A DNA stretch of 64,000 nt from Eledone cirrhosa. Taxonomy: Eukaryota. Position numbers and translations under genes: made by a program. The stretch covers positions 72,354,001 through 72,418,000 of the forward strand of contig OZ024741.1 in assembly GCA_964016885.1 (NCBI GenBank), written 5' to 3'. Each line of letters starts with the position of its first letter. Positions within the stretch are counted from its first letter, which is position 1. Of this stretch, positions 26,295 through 38,897 are shown piece after piece. The notes under the pieces are model-generated. The model was given only the letters and a program-made list of their open reading frames with translations, was not told where the DNA came from and ran no database searches.

Positions 26295-27790
26295 ATGGTG
26301 GCTGCCAACTCGTTTTCGAGTACGGCCACTACTTTATATCCATGTAGGAGAACCCCTACCGATGCGCTGAACGAGTGTGACTTTTTAGTCCAGCCAGCGA
26401 CTTGAAAACTCTGGTACAAACACTACACTTGCGACAATTATTGACACATAGTGCTGGGCCCATTGTACCCTGTGATGACAAGTGCAGAGATATCTCCAGA
26501 TATAAAGCAATGCCTGTGCCGTGAAGCTTTTATAGTGAGCAAAGGCACTGCACGAAGCCAGTCCCACTCTCTTAACCAAGATGATATTTACCAAAAAGAA
26601 GAACAAGTCAACATCATTGGATACCATCAGGGTTGCAGGTGTTATATCAGAGTTTTCCTTCTCCTAGAATTCTGCCTTGACAAAGGCTAAGGTTTCATCT
26701 CTTCCGGTGATTTTGGATGGCCATTAACTCTTAAGAGCTCGTTTGCCCTTTGACAGGTTTTGTTTTTAGTCCGGCAGGATGTCCAAAGTCACCCTCCTCA
26801 CCAAGAAACCTACCTACATACATACATACATGGTGGCTGCCAACTCGTTTTCGAGTACGGCCACTACTTTATATCCATGTAGGAGAACCTCTACCAATGC
26901 GCTGAACGAATGTGACTTTTTAGTCCAGCCAGCGACTTGAAAACTCTGGTACAAACACTACACTTGTGACAATTATTGACACATAGTGCTGGGCCCATGG
27001 TACCATGTGACGACAAGTGCAGAGAGATCTCCAGATATAAAGCAATGTCTGTGCTGTGAAGCTTTTATAGTGAGCAAAGGCACTGCACAAAGCCAGTCCC
27101 ACTCTCTTAACCAAGATGATATTTACCAAGAAACCTACCTACATACATACATACATACATACATACATACATACATACATGGTGGCTGCCAACTCGTTTT
27201 CAAGTACGGCCACTACTTTATATCCATGTAGGAGAACCCCTACGGATGCGCTGAACGAGTGTGACTTTTTAGTCCAGCCAGCGATTTGAAAACTCTGGTA
27301 CAAACACTACACTTTTGACAATTATTGACACATAGTGCTGGGCCCATGGTACCATCTGACGACAAGTGCAGAGAGATCTCCAGATATAAAGCAATGCCTG
27401 TGCCGTGAAGCTTTTATAGTGAGAAAGGCACTGCACAAAGCCAGTCCCACTCTCTTAACCAAGATGATATGTACCAAAAAGAAGAACAAGTCAACATCAT
27501 TGGATACCATCAGGGTTGCAGGTGTTATATCAGAGTTTTCCTTCTCCTAGAATTCTGCCTTGACAAAGGCTAAGGGGTCATCTCTCCCGGTGATTTTGGA
27601 TGGCCATTGACTCTTAAGAGCTCCTTTTCCCTTTGACAGGTTTTGTTTTTAGTCCTGCAGGATGTCCAAAGTCAACCTCCTCACCAAGAAACCTTGGTGG
27701 GGTTGCCAGTTTAGTCGCCAACGACCCGACCATGAGACAGGTTGTACTGGGATACATGTTACCAGTAGCACCAACTGGTGACCTGACATA
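26295..27790 (-). mobile_element. Three tandem copies of an RTE-derived bipartite SINE-like element (26295-26810, 26830-27136, 27180-27790) separated by (CATA)n
   Basis: Near-identical to 43857-44452 (+). The 3' part encodes a C2H2 remnant [17 protein letters not shown]. The 5' part has an RTE-type 'ctaggagaaggaaaactctg' motif. (ATGT)n tails. Confidence 0.75.
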
Positions 27791-27993
27791 ATACATACAT
27801 ACATACATACATACATACATACATACATACATACATACATACATACATACATACATACATACATAATTAGGATTTTAGGATTTAGCTTCAGGCACAGCTG
27901 TATACAGATATGTATCAAAATTTCGTATCTCTAAAGATACATAGTATGTTTACCTGTAAACATACCGTAATTCTTTAGAGATATGAAATTTCG

Positions 27994-28099
<106 letters not shown>

Positions 28100-28127
28100 T
28101 TAAAAATTAACTTACTTACTAAAATTC

Positions 28128-28209
28128 ACTCCAACTAATTAGTTTCTGTAATGGGATAAAGATAGTTACGCAATGTAACCATCGAGAATTCATTACGTCA
28201 TCAGGGAGT
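28128..28209 (-). ncRNA. Type I hammerhead ribozyme (family D, inverted copy)
   Basis: Reverse complement of 28753-28834. Confidence 0.82.
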
Positions 28210-28752
28210 CTATTCTCAGCTAAGTCTCCAGGCAACGCGCGGACACTAGAGACTCATATAAAATCTTTATCCCATTACAGAAACTAATTAGTTGGAGTGA
28301 ATTTTAGTAAGTAAGTTAATTTTTAATTTTTAAAATTTTCTTATTTTACGTCTTTCATATAATTGTTCTGCATCCTCCTGCATTGAACCACCTAGGTACT
28401 ATGACATAACTTATGTATTTGCTAGCATTAGTGTACATCTGTACGCATATGTTGGTAAATATACTAATTCTCTATATTTATCTCCAAATTATTTATTTGT
28501 TGAGCAAACTTGCCAAATCCACTACTAATTCATTGTAGTGGTAGTAGGCTTTTGTCATTATACCATCCCACCCCTTCTGACTAGCCTCAGTGTCACGTGA
28601 TTGATTCTTTAGAATCTGCCATTTGACCAGAGACAGTGAACTTTTTCAGTGCTATGGAATTCAGTCCCCGCTAGCTGTTCCATCCACCGAATTATTATTT
28701 TTATATGAGTCCCTAGTGTCCGCGCATTGCCTGGAGACTTAGCTGAGAATAG

Positions 28753-28834
28753 ACTCCCTGATGACGTAATGAATTCTCGATGGTTACATTGCGTAACTAT
28801 CTTTATCCCATTACAGAAACTAATTAGTTGGAGT
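28753..28834 (+). ncRNA. Type I hammerhead ribozyme (family D)
   Basis: Stem I ACTCC/GGAGT; CTGATGA 28758-28764; stem II GTAATG/CATTAC plus GATGGTTAC/GTAACTATC; GAAA; palindromic CTAATTAG; GUU triplet. Confidence 0.85.
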
Positions 28835-29008
28835 GAATTTTAGTAAGTAAGTTAATTTTTAATTTTTAAAATTTTCTTATTTTACGTCTTTCACATAATT
28901 GTTCTGCATCCTCCTGCATTGAACCACCTAGGTACTATGACATAAATTATGTATTTGCTAGCATTAGTGTACATCTGTACGCATATGTTGGTAAATATAC
29001 TAATTCTC

Positions 29009-29073
<65 letters not shown>

Positions 29074-29704
29074 CTATATATATATATATATATATTACAT
29101 ATTACATATTAGTTTAACAATGATAACAAAGGCAAGTTATTTTACATATTTCATTCATTGTTTCACGATCGGTTCGGAGGGTTGATCATATTGATATATT
29201 GACTGATCTATAGCAGTTAGAGAACTGTATACTATCAGACATAATATATGGGTTCGATCATACATACATACATACATCTAAAGATAATTTTTAGTAGTTG
29301 GTAAATCTCTCTTAAATCTATGGTTTAAAATTGTTTTTAATTTTAATTTTTATTTTACTGGTTCGGTCATGCTGAGGCACCGCCTTGATGCTGTATATAT
29401 TCTACAGCCATCTTTGCTAGATTGGTTCTATATAGAGGCATATGATTCAGCGTTTAAATGTCCAAGATGCACTGTATGTTACGACGGTACCCCTACAACT
29501 CTATCAGGAGTTAAGGACCACATACAATAAGAACACTATCATTTGGGAGGGGAGTGATCGTTACAGGGGAAGGGATATCATGGGAGAACTCATTTAAATA
29601 AAAGGGATCATTAAGAAATAATAGATTAATAAACACTGCAGAATGTGTTCAAGCAAGCTCTCTTCTACCTTTCGTCTCACACATTCTACTAAAAAGTTTA
29701 AAAT

Positions 29705-29948
29705 CTGTCTTAAGCCAGAAGGCTCATTTGGCCAGTACTTATCCCAGTTTCATGGCTTCAAGCAACTAAGAGTACAAGACCCCCCCCCCCACCCCTCCTC
29801 CCTGGACTGGACGCTAGTATACAGCTGAGTATATTGGAGCAACGTGAAAAGAAATGATTTGCTCAAGAACACAACACGCAACTCAGGAATCGAACCCACG
29901 ACATTATGATCGTAAGTCCAACACCTTTACCACTAGGCCACGTGCCTC
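29705..29948 (-). mobile_element. tRNA-derived SINE
   Basis: Minus strand has A box TGGCCTAGTGG and B box GGTTCGATTCC, followed by a 'tgtgttcttgagcaaa' central domain. Confidence 0.75.
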
Positions 29949-29974
29949 TACCACACGATGGTTTAAATAAGGAT

Positions 29975-30085
29975 TTCTAATTTAGGCACAAGGGCAGCAC
30001 TTTATATTGAGACTAAAGTCGATTGCATCGACTGGTGCTTTATTTTATCGACCTCGGTGGGATTGGAACTCAGAACGTAAAAAAA
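29975..30085 (-). mobile_element. Degraded SINE fragment (octopus-type, Nin/Deu-domain-like)
   Basis: Shares 'ctgagttc.aatccc', 'gtcgataaaataaag', 'ccttgtgcc' blocks with copies at 39505-39600, 46050-46255 and 49980-51015. Confidence 0.6.
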
Positions 30086-30849
30086 GAACAGAACAAAAAT
30101 TGCAATAGCATTTTATCAGATGCTCAACCAATTATGCCAATCCAAATGATAGACAGAATTGTCGAGATCATCTTCGATAAATTTATTGGGGTCTTCAATT
30201 ATCATTTCTTTAAAGTTCTTCAAGTTATTAGTTTTTTTTATTATTATTTTGGTGTGTGTGTGTATGTGTGTGTGTGTGTGGGGCGGGGGGGGGGGGGGGG
30301 GGCAGAACAGGACCAAAATTATGCAAATATCATCATGCGACACTTCATTGTGGAATCCGTATATCGATTGAAATTTATCAGTTCTTTGCATGTCCCAATG
30401 GGTTTACACTTTGCAACCATTGTAAAGGATTCTTTGACAACAGGAATTCTGTCATGTTCAAAGGACTGGCTTGAAATGAAGACGTTTTGTTTCGTCGACA
30501 TATTTAATCAAACCACTTAAGGCACTTTAAGACACTTCAAGTAAAGGGATTAACATGGAGGCTATGTTCTCTCCTTATAAACACTTAAACATACATAGTC
30601 AGATACACACATGCGTGCAAGCATACACACGCGCAAATCCACACACACGCGCACAGACAGACATACAGACATATATACATACACACACGTATACATACAC
30701 GTGCGCCCGCACACACACACACTCATACACACACACATACACATATACACATTCAAACATACAAACACAAACGCAAACGTACCCACATGCACACATGCAC
30801 ACATCACTTCGGTGATACTGACGCCGTTACTATGCCACAATTGAACACT

Positions 30850-31078
30850 TATACCTCCGTCGGTTGCGACGACGAGTGTTCATTGCTATATGACGAACGG
30901 AACAGACTGCTCATGAAAATTACGTGAAAGTGACTGAGCATTTCCCTGACACATGTACTGTTGACATTTTTATCATAGACATTCAGCATGATACAGTGTG
31001 TAGCAAGACTGGCCCTTTAAATTACATGCACAACTCGTTTTTCTCATCTGAGTGGACTGAAGAAACGTGAAATAAGGT
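30850..31078 (-). mobile_element. Degraded SINE 3' part
   Basis: 'tttcacgtttcttcagtccactcag' resembles the central domain of the SINE at 29705-29948; head missing. Confidence 0.45.
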
Positions 31079-31081
31079 CAG

Positions 31082-31205
31082 GATTTCCTTCGAATGAAAC
31101 AGTTCTAGTCCTGTAGAAGCGATTTCTATATTAAATATGTATACTCTGCTATGTATTGAGTACCTCACTTACTGTGGTTACCCCCGTTTTAACCCGGGAT
31201 ACACA
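31082..31205 (+). mobile_element. Family A Penelope-like 3' fragment, truncated in the hammerhead core
   Basis: gatttccttcgaatgaaacagttctagtcctgtag...gtattgagtacct...ccgggat matches the 21759-21954 and 38575-38751 copies. Confidence 0.7.
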
Positions 31206-31278
<73 letters not shown>

Positions 31279-31506
31279 ATCTCTCTATCAGACGTGTGTC
31301 ACTTCGCGGAGAAGTTTCCGTTAATTAATGTAAGAAGAAAACGTGAGTTTTTAGTTAAATTTTATATCATTGTGTAACTTGACCATCCGTCTGGACCTTC
31401 AGGTGGTGGGTCAACTCATTTTCGCCCCTACAGGGGCGGAATATCCATTTAAAAAATTTTTCTCCATCGAATCTTGGAAAAAATATTGTAAAATTTTGAT
31501 TACGTT

Positions 31507-33421
31507 ATGAACGCTGCGTCCAACGATAATGGTGGTGGAGAGGCGGTAAGACTACCAAGCTCGCAGTCAACAACGTCTTCTTCACAAGATACTATAGAGA
31601 TGGAAAGACGAAATGAAAATGTAAAGACGAATTCATATTCAAACAACACAAATGACACCAAACAATTCAATGACAACAAAAATAACAGCAACACCAATAA
31701 TGATGATAAAAGCAACAATGATAACAACAACAAAGAAAAAAATAGAGACAACACCAATAACACCAGCATCAAAGACAACAACAACACCAAGGAAAATACG
31801 GATGATACCAACATCGGTGACAACAAGAATAACAACAAGAATAACAACAATAATGACAACACCCCAATACGGATTCCACAAAGAAACCAAAAATCTCCTT
31901 TGCAGAGAAAGTTCAAAGGAAGGCAGAATTGATATATCTCGACATAACAAATGCTGAACAACTTTTAAAGGACGCTAAGAGATATGTCACTTTCGAAAAA
32001 AATGGTGCTTTCAGCATCAATTCTCCGGTAGAAATTCGCAAGGAAACTGCTCTCAAAACGATAGTTTTTAGGACAGTTTCCAATTCTACCCGAAAACCAG
32101 TCCAATTGTCACAGAAAGAAATTGCGCTGGTTTTCAAAAATTCAATGAATGATATTGCATTCATTCAAAGAAGCAAACTTTTGGGGAGTATTTCGGTACT
32201 CATGAAGGATCAATTGACGGCCCAAAATTACTCTGTGTCGCCAATTGTATCCAACCAGTACACCTTTTTCCCTACATACATGGGAAAAAGGACACAAAAG
32301 ATCAGAATCACGAGTGTCACACCAAAGGTGAACATATGGTGGATACTGTGCGGCTTTATCAATTTTGATGAAGACAGAATACTGTCAGTAGGCAAGTCCC
32401 CCAGAGATGTATTCAATGGGACTAGCATTGAAGTTCTCGTGCAAATGAGCCCAGAGCGAATAGCTATGATCCCACAGCGTGTACTCCTGGACGGACTCAC
32501 CTACATAAACTTTTCGGTTGAGGGTAGGCGGCCTTCATGTTACCATTGCTTTAGCAGGGGTCACCTGAGGGCTTCCTGTCCTAAATTAATGAACCAAAAA
32601 AAGGCTCTTCTGCCGACACCCATCAAAACAACACAACCACCAACACCACCACAACAACAACAACACCAACACACAAAAATAACCACAACAAACACAGTCC
32701 ACCCAACCCCACTCCACCTAAAACCACTGCAAAATGACATACAGACACAACAGCTCCCCAAGACATACCCCTCCCCAATCACACAGACGATACAACAGAT
32801 GAGGCTATCTCGCCATCACCCAGTGAAGACGAGGGAGAACCCCATCGCTCGAAAAGAAAGAAAAGACATCACAAAAGCAAAAAACCAGCAAAGACTACCA
32901 CAAACATACAACCACCAACACAAACAACAAAAACATCACAAACAAAACCCCCACCTCCTGAAAACAAAATACCTACAACAAAACGAAAGCACACACAAGA
33001 ACTACAGACAAAAACAAACACAACACAAGAAAATTACACTTACACTTACATAAACACTGAAAACAAAACACTAATGGAGACCATCACGAACGACCCTTCG
33101 GTTTTCACCGAAGGGAAAACTTTCGCCCACTCTATTAAAAATAGCAAAAAACTGAACCTAAAACTGATTAGGGTCCCTATACAAACTTATAGGTCCCTAA
33201 AAGAAACATTTGAGAAGGATGTGGGGAATTCCTGCGTGAAATCACTCAACCGCGTCCTTCTCAAATGCCTCCCCACCCCAGACACCCCCATCTCACCAGA
33301 CCCCACCCCACCAAACATCTGCGTCCCCATCCCGCCGGAAACCACCACCCATCCAGACAACCCCTCCAACACCCCCATGGAAATTGTGCGGCCTGGCCCC
33401 CAGGAGGCGAAGGGTGAGTGA
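31507..33421 (+). pseudogene. LINE ORF1 (gag-like, zinc knuckle), frameshifted
   Basis: CYHCFSRGHLRASC (CX2CX4HX4C); split over ORFs 31507-31932, 31929-33053 and 33074-33421. Confidence 0.8.
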
Positions 33422-33454
33422 TCTCTTTTCCTCTTTTAACTTTTCAGCACCAAC

Positions 33455-36400
33455 ATGGCCAATATAAGAGTTGGATGTGTGAACGTACGCGGCCTGGGGA
33501 TGCCCTGGAAACAGGGCAAACCCTTAAACGACCTCAGGTCGCACAGTATGGATGTGGTAGCCATTTGCGAGTCCAGGATCCACGGCGAGCGACAGCTGGC
33601 CCCCATCTTCGATGACTTTGAGATCTACGCATCTCTCTGTCAACCGGGGGGTGGGGGCGGAGTTGCAGTTTTGCTGCGGAAACACCTGGGCCTCGTAACA
33701 CAGACGGTACATCTGGACCCGGAGGGTCGACTGGTGGTCCTAGACGTTGACGGTAGTGAAGGTGGAGCCTTCAGGCTGGTGGCCGCATATGCCCCATCCG
33801 GGACACCGCGGCCAGACTTCTTCAAACGTCTAGAGACTTTTCTGGGAACGTCCCGCTCCTTGCTTTTAGTGGGGAACTGGAATGGAATCCTAGATGCACG
33901 TTGGGACTATGTGGGAGCATGTCCCGATAAAGGGGGGTGTAACAGCCTCAAACAGTTAATCGACCGATTTGACCTGGCCGATAGATATAGACTAGATTTT
34001 CCGACTGCGCGACTGTGGACGTGGAGTAATCGTAGCGGAACATCTAGATCGTACCTAGATAGGGTTCTAGTTAGAAATAAGGATAGGGACATGTTAAGCT
34101 GCCAACAAATGTTCATGGTTGCCTATTCAGATCATAAACTAGTGACCTGCATGGCCAACCTTGATAGAACCCATAGACAAGGACCCGGCTACTGGAAGCT
34201 GAACTTGTCGTTACCGACAAGCAAAGCCTACAGTAGACGGATTAGCACTTTATTTAAACAGCACGTGACAGGGTCCATTGTCAACAACAGATGGTGTTAC
34301 TCTCTCAAGAGGGCAGTTAGATTAGACTCGATAGTTTTTAGTAAAGAATTAGCGTTAGATAGAAATAGAACCGAGAAGGAACTGGTAGATAAAGTAGAAG
34401 TGGCAATTAGAAGTGGCAACGTAGCCAGCGTGCTAGCAACGAGAACGGCCTTGGACCAGTTCTTCGACGCAAAGCACGAGGGCTGCGTTGTCAAAAGCAA
34501 AATACGTGCTCTGGGAAACGAGGGAGCCAAAGCTGTTAGCTGGGCCCGAGTGACGGAGGCAAAAAGTGGCAACAAGTCCACGATTCGGTCTTTGAAGGAC
34601 CAAAACGGACGCGTGATACGTGAGCCGAAGCAGATGTGTGCAGCTTTTCAGCGGCACTTTGATCAGCTGTTCGGGGGCGGCGGCGCGCCGGGAGAGGCTA
34701 TGGATTTCGGTCCATACCTCGACGGCCTACCGCGACTCTTGGACGGCGAGGCAAAGTTCTGCGAAAAGCCGATTTCAGCCACTGAGTTAGGGGACGCGCT
34801 GAGCCAATGCGGCAAACGCTAATCTCAAAGGTCTCGACGGTCTACCCTACGAATTTTACGTAGCAATGCCGGACTTATTCTCCGGTCTCCTGGAAGCGGT
34901 CTACTGCAACTGGCAACAGAACGGGAGAATTCCTAGTTCTGTAACCAGGGGCGTGGTCACACTAATCAGGAAGGACGAGAATAAGGGGGATGACATAGGC
35001 AACTTCCGGCCCATAACTCTGCTAAACACAGAGTTACAGATTTTGGCCAAGGTGTTGGCAAAGAGGCTGGCGCTTGTCGTCGAGAACATGGTGGGAGAAG
35101 CGCAGACATGCGCAATCCCGACCAGGTCCATACACGACAACCTCCACCTCATGCGATACATCATAGAGAGGGTAGGGTATAAAACGGCTTCGGTGGGGCC
35201 CTGATCAACTTGGATCAGTCTAAGGCTTTCGATAGGGTTGACCATCGTTACCTGGATGCGGTGCTTGAGGCGGCAGGCTTCGGACCCGTGTTCAGGGGCT
35301 GGATTGCTGCAATGCACAACAGCAACATCTGCTCAAGGGTCAAGGTGAACGGCTACCTCTCGGAGCCGTTCCATATTACGCGATCCATTCGACAGGGATG
35401 CCCTCTCTCCTCCCTTCTGTACGTACTGACTCTCGAGCCACTACTGCGGAAGCTGGAGCTATTGCAGGGGATCCCTCTGGAACTGGGACTGCGCAAAGCG
35501 GCGTCGGCCTACGCCGACGACGTTACAGTAATGGTGTCGAGCGCCTCGCAAATCGAGGAAGTCGGCACCTTACTGAAGGAATACAAAAGTCTCACAGGAG
35601 CGAAGCTGAACCGAGGCAAGTCCATCGGTTTGCAACTCGGATCGTGGAGAGGCAAACCGATGCCTTCCGATGGTGTCGTCGGACGCTGGACGGAAGGACC
35701 GGTAAAGCTGCCCGGGGTCTGGTTTGGTCCGCACCTCCAGGTGGAGAAGAACTGGAACGAAGTGACGGCCAAGGTGTTTGCACTCACCCAGAAGTGGGCC
35801 GAGAGCAAACTATCCTTGAAAGGTCGAGTGGAGGTGGCGAACACTTTTATAGCGTCCGCCATCTACTACCGCTTGACCGTCGTGCCTTGTCCAGCCAAAA
35901 CGCTCGCCAAAATGGAGCGCGCGCTCTTCCGATTCCTTTGGAAGAGGCGGGCTCCTTTGGTGAGAAGATCCATCTGCCTGCAACACCCTTCTAACGGAGG
36001 GCTGGGGATGCCGTGGTTGACGATGCGCAAACACGCGCTCAGGCTGCGGCATCTCTACGTATTCGTCACCAGACAACCGGTGTGAGGTGAGCCTTCCCAC
36101 GACTCGTCTCGCTGACCGAGCTGCAGTCCTGGGTCAAGCAAAGACCGAGGAAAATGGGCGACTGGCGCATCGAATGTGCTCAGGCGCTCACAGCCCTCTG
36201 GCAGGCGGACCCGGCGATCAGTGGAGACTCCACTTTGTCATTCTATAGAGGGTTGGTCCGCAGCAAGTGCGACGACGTGCTCGGTGAAACTCTAGGCGTA
36301 GACGAAGATGAACTGGCCAGTCTGTTCGGTACGACTTTCCGCCCGGGACCGATGGACAACTTCCAAAAGACCCCGGCCTGGCAGTGCTACCGAGGAGCTC

Positions 36401-36879
36401 TACCAGTTCAAGACAAGCTCTACAGACATGGGCGCCCGGGCAGGGACCCTGCAAAAAAGATCTGTCCGAGGTGCGTGCGAGACGAAGAAACCGTCGCGCA
36501 CGCATTCATACACTGCCCGGGCGTCACTGACCTGTGGGGCTATGTAGAACGACTATTGTCGCGGGTGGGACCAATCCAGTTGACCACCGAGTCCATTGTC
36601 ATGATCAAACCGCCACTCTCCTTCAAAAACGAAGGAGAGGCGGTTTTCCTTTGTGTGATAGCTATGGCGAAAGAGGTTGTATGGTGGACAAGGTTGAAAG
36701 GGCTGAGGTCAGACACCTTTCTCTCCGGCCAACAACTGATTCTTTTTTTCAAATACCACTTTGGAAGAAGAATCAGGATGGAGAGAGAGGTGCTGTACCC
36801 CAGCAAGTTTTATGAAAGGTGGGTGAAAGTGGCGAGAATGGCCCGAGTGAATGGGCCTTCTCTCTATATCAGCCTGTAG
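33455..36879 (+). pseudogene. LINE ORF2 (APE endonuclease, reverse transcriptase, zf-RVT), several frameshifts
   Basis: GCVNVRGL, SYLDR, SDHK, WKLN; NFRPITLLN, DQSKAFDRVDH, IRQGCPLS, AYADD; CPRC..ETVAHAFIHC. Confidence 0.93.
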
Positions 36880-37394
36880 GTTGAGGAAAAGGAGGAGGAG
36901 AGGAAAGGAGTACAAACTCCTCGTACTCCTGGAGATGAGGGTTGCACATTTTTTTTCGGGGGTATGTGTTACCCATATAAACTGTCTCCCTCTATTCGGG
37001 AAAATCGACTAACTTTTTTAAATTCCATTTGTGATAACATTTTACACGTTTTTATTGTATGTAAACTTCCCCCTTTGTATTTGTCCCCTTCTTTTTTTGC
37101 CCCTGTGGCTAATAAAGAAATATATCTATCTATCTATCTATCTATTTATCTATCTATTTAATTGTGTATGGTGGCGGTATATTTAGTCGATTTCTACATG
37201 CTGTTGAAATGTTGGGTAAATATTCTATTGCGGTCGGCCGCGAAGAGGCTGCTGTCGTTTATTTATCAAATATTTCTTCTTAAGAGCTTTTATTCTTATA
37301 GCCTGGTCTAATTGATTTTTTATATGGTTAATTATGCTAATTGGGAGAGGAAATAGTGTATATATTTTATCATATGATTCTATGGACATACTTT

Positions 37395-37469
<75 letters not shown>

Positions 37470-37474
<5 letters not shown>

Positions 37475-38069
37475 TGTACTTCCATTTGTATTATTATCTC
37501 CTAGACTTAGTGATTAATTGATTAATTTAATTAGACAATTCTATTGATTGGTTAATTATTTATGTTTGTTTATAACGTCTGGTCGAGAGCTTTATTTGGT
37601 TTGTGGAAAGGAATTTATTCCTTTGTTAAAATTTGAATTGTGACCGCCAAAAACCTCCCTTCGGGAAAACCATGTGACCACCAGCAGTATTTACTGCTAA
37701 AACTCACAACCGGCGCGGCTGAGAACGGAAACCTGTTGAGAAAGTGAATCCTCTGTTCGATCTTATAAAACCAATAACTTGCATGACCCGCAAGTGGATT
37801 TTGTTGATTTCGGATTCACAGAAACCTAGCGGAGATATTGTATAATATCGACGCGATGGTCCAGGTTTGTCAAATTATCCCGAATCAGTTGTTTCGTTGC
37901 TTGGTCCCTGCAGCTGGCTTGCCGGTCGCAATCTTCAAATTTGCAAAGCTGTCTAAACGTAATGTTATTACTCTAAGGTAAAATACCTTATTGAGTGCTT
38001 AGCTGCACATTCCGATTGCATTCGTTAGCTTAGCTGCAGCCAGAGCTTTGATTATGCTGTACTCCCAGT

Positions 38070-38073
<4 letters not shown>
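37470..38073 (+). mobile_element. Non-coding ~600-bp hammerhead-bearing element (family E) in (TA)n
   Basis: Terminal direct repeats 37470-37490 and 38053-38073 (19/21 identical), internal hammerhead, (TA)n on both sides. Confidence 0.65.
37729..37868 (+). ncRNA. Type I hammerhead ribozyme with U3-A8 variant core
   Basis: Stem I AAACCTG/CAGGTTT; core TTGAGAA; stem II GTGAATCC/GGATTCAC; GAAA; stem III CC/GG with inner GATATT/AATATC; GUC triplet. Confidence 0.7.
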
Positions 38074-38104
<31 letters not shown>

Positions 38105-38519
38105 GTAGGAGGTGAGTTTTATTGTAGTACAGTAAAGCAATGCAGATTCGGATAAGAAGCACTCTACAGTTTGTAGGACTGGAGTATACATAATATATAA
38201 GATCAAAAGATGGTTAAAGGAGTTCCATGTATTTTATTATGCGCATTTCAAAAACAAACATAATCATGCAATAATATTTGTGTTTTCATCAGATAAAATA
38301 GGAGAACATGATATGAAGGCTAAAAAACACTTGTGGATAGTGCAGTTTTAAATCAACATATGCTGATTTAAAACTGCACTATCCACAAGTGTTTTTTAGC
38401 CTTCATATCATGTTCTCCTGTTTTATCTGATGAAAACACAAATATTATTGCATGATTATGTTTGTTTTTGAAATGCGCATAATAAAATACATGGAACTCC
38501 TTTAACCATCTTTTGATCT

Positions 38520-38530
<11 letters not shown>
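38105..38530. mobile_element. Inverted pair of 3' ends of the 21970-25406 Penelope family
   Basis: Matches 25158-25406. Arms ~38190-38355 and 38364-38530. Hammerheads at 38232-38298 (-) and 38421-38487 (+). (TA)n flanks. Confidence 0.85.
38421..38487 (+). ncRNA. Type I hammerhead ribozyme (second copy on - at 38232-38298)
   Basis: Same fold as 25214-25280. Confidence 0.83.
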
Positions 38531-38574
<44 letters not shown>

Positions 38575-38578
<4 letters not shown>

Positions 38579-38750
38579 TTCTGATGATTATATATATATA
38601 GATATAGATATATATGATGATTTCTGATGATTTCTAAAGAATGAAACAGTTCTAGTCCTGTAGAATCTCTTCTATATTAAAACTTTTATACTCTGCAATG
38701 TATTGAGTACCTTACTTACTGTGGTTACCTCCGATTCAACCCGGAATAAC

Positions 38751-38751
<1 letters not shown>
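38575..38751 (+). mobile_element. Family A Penelope-like 3' fragment with complete hammerhead (38619-38667)
   Basis: Stem I GATTT/GAATC; CTGATGA; TTC-taaa-GAA; GAAA; CAG-ttctagtc-CTG; GUA triplet. In (TA)n. Confidence 0.72.
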
Positions 38752-38795
<44 letters not shown>

Positions 38796-38844
38796 GAGAG
38801 AGAGAGAAAGAGAGAGAAACAGAGAGAGAGAGAGAAAGAGAGAG

Positions 38845-38897
<53 letters not shown>

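Larger units (their letters stand above)
31289..37120 (+). mobile_element. Near full-length Tx1/L1-clade non-LTR retrotransposon in (TATC)n
   Basis: ORF1 with CCHC knuckle, ORF2 with APE-RT-zinc finger, AATAAA at 37111-37116, (TCTA)n at 31207-31288 and 37123-37156. Confidence 0.92.

Noticed and set aside
29870-29948. tRNA gene
   Set aside because: A and B boxes are present, but the sequence continues into SINE body and no full cloverleaf forms.
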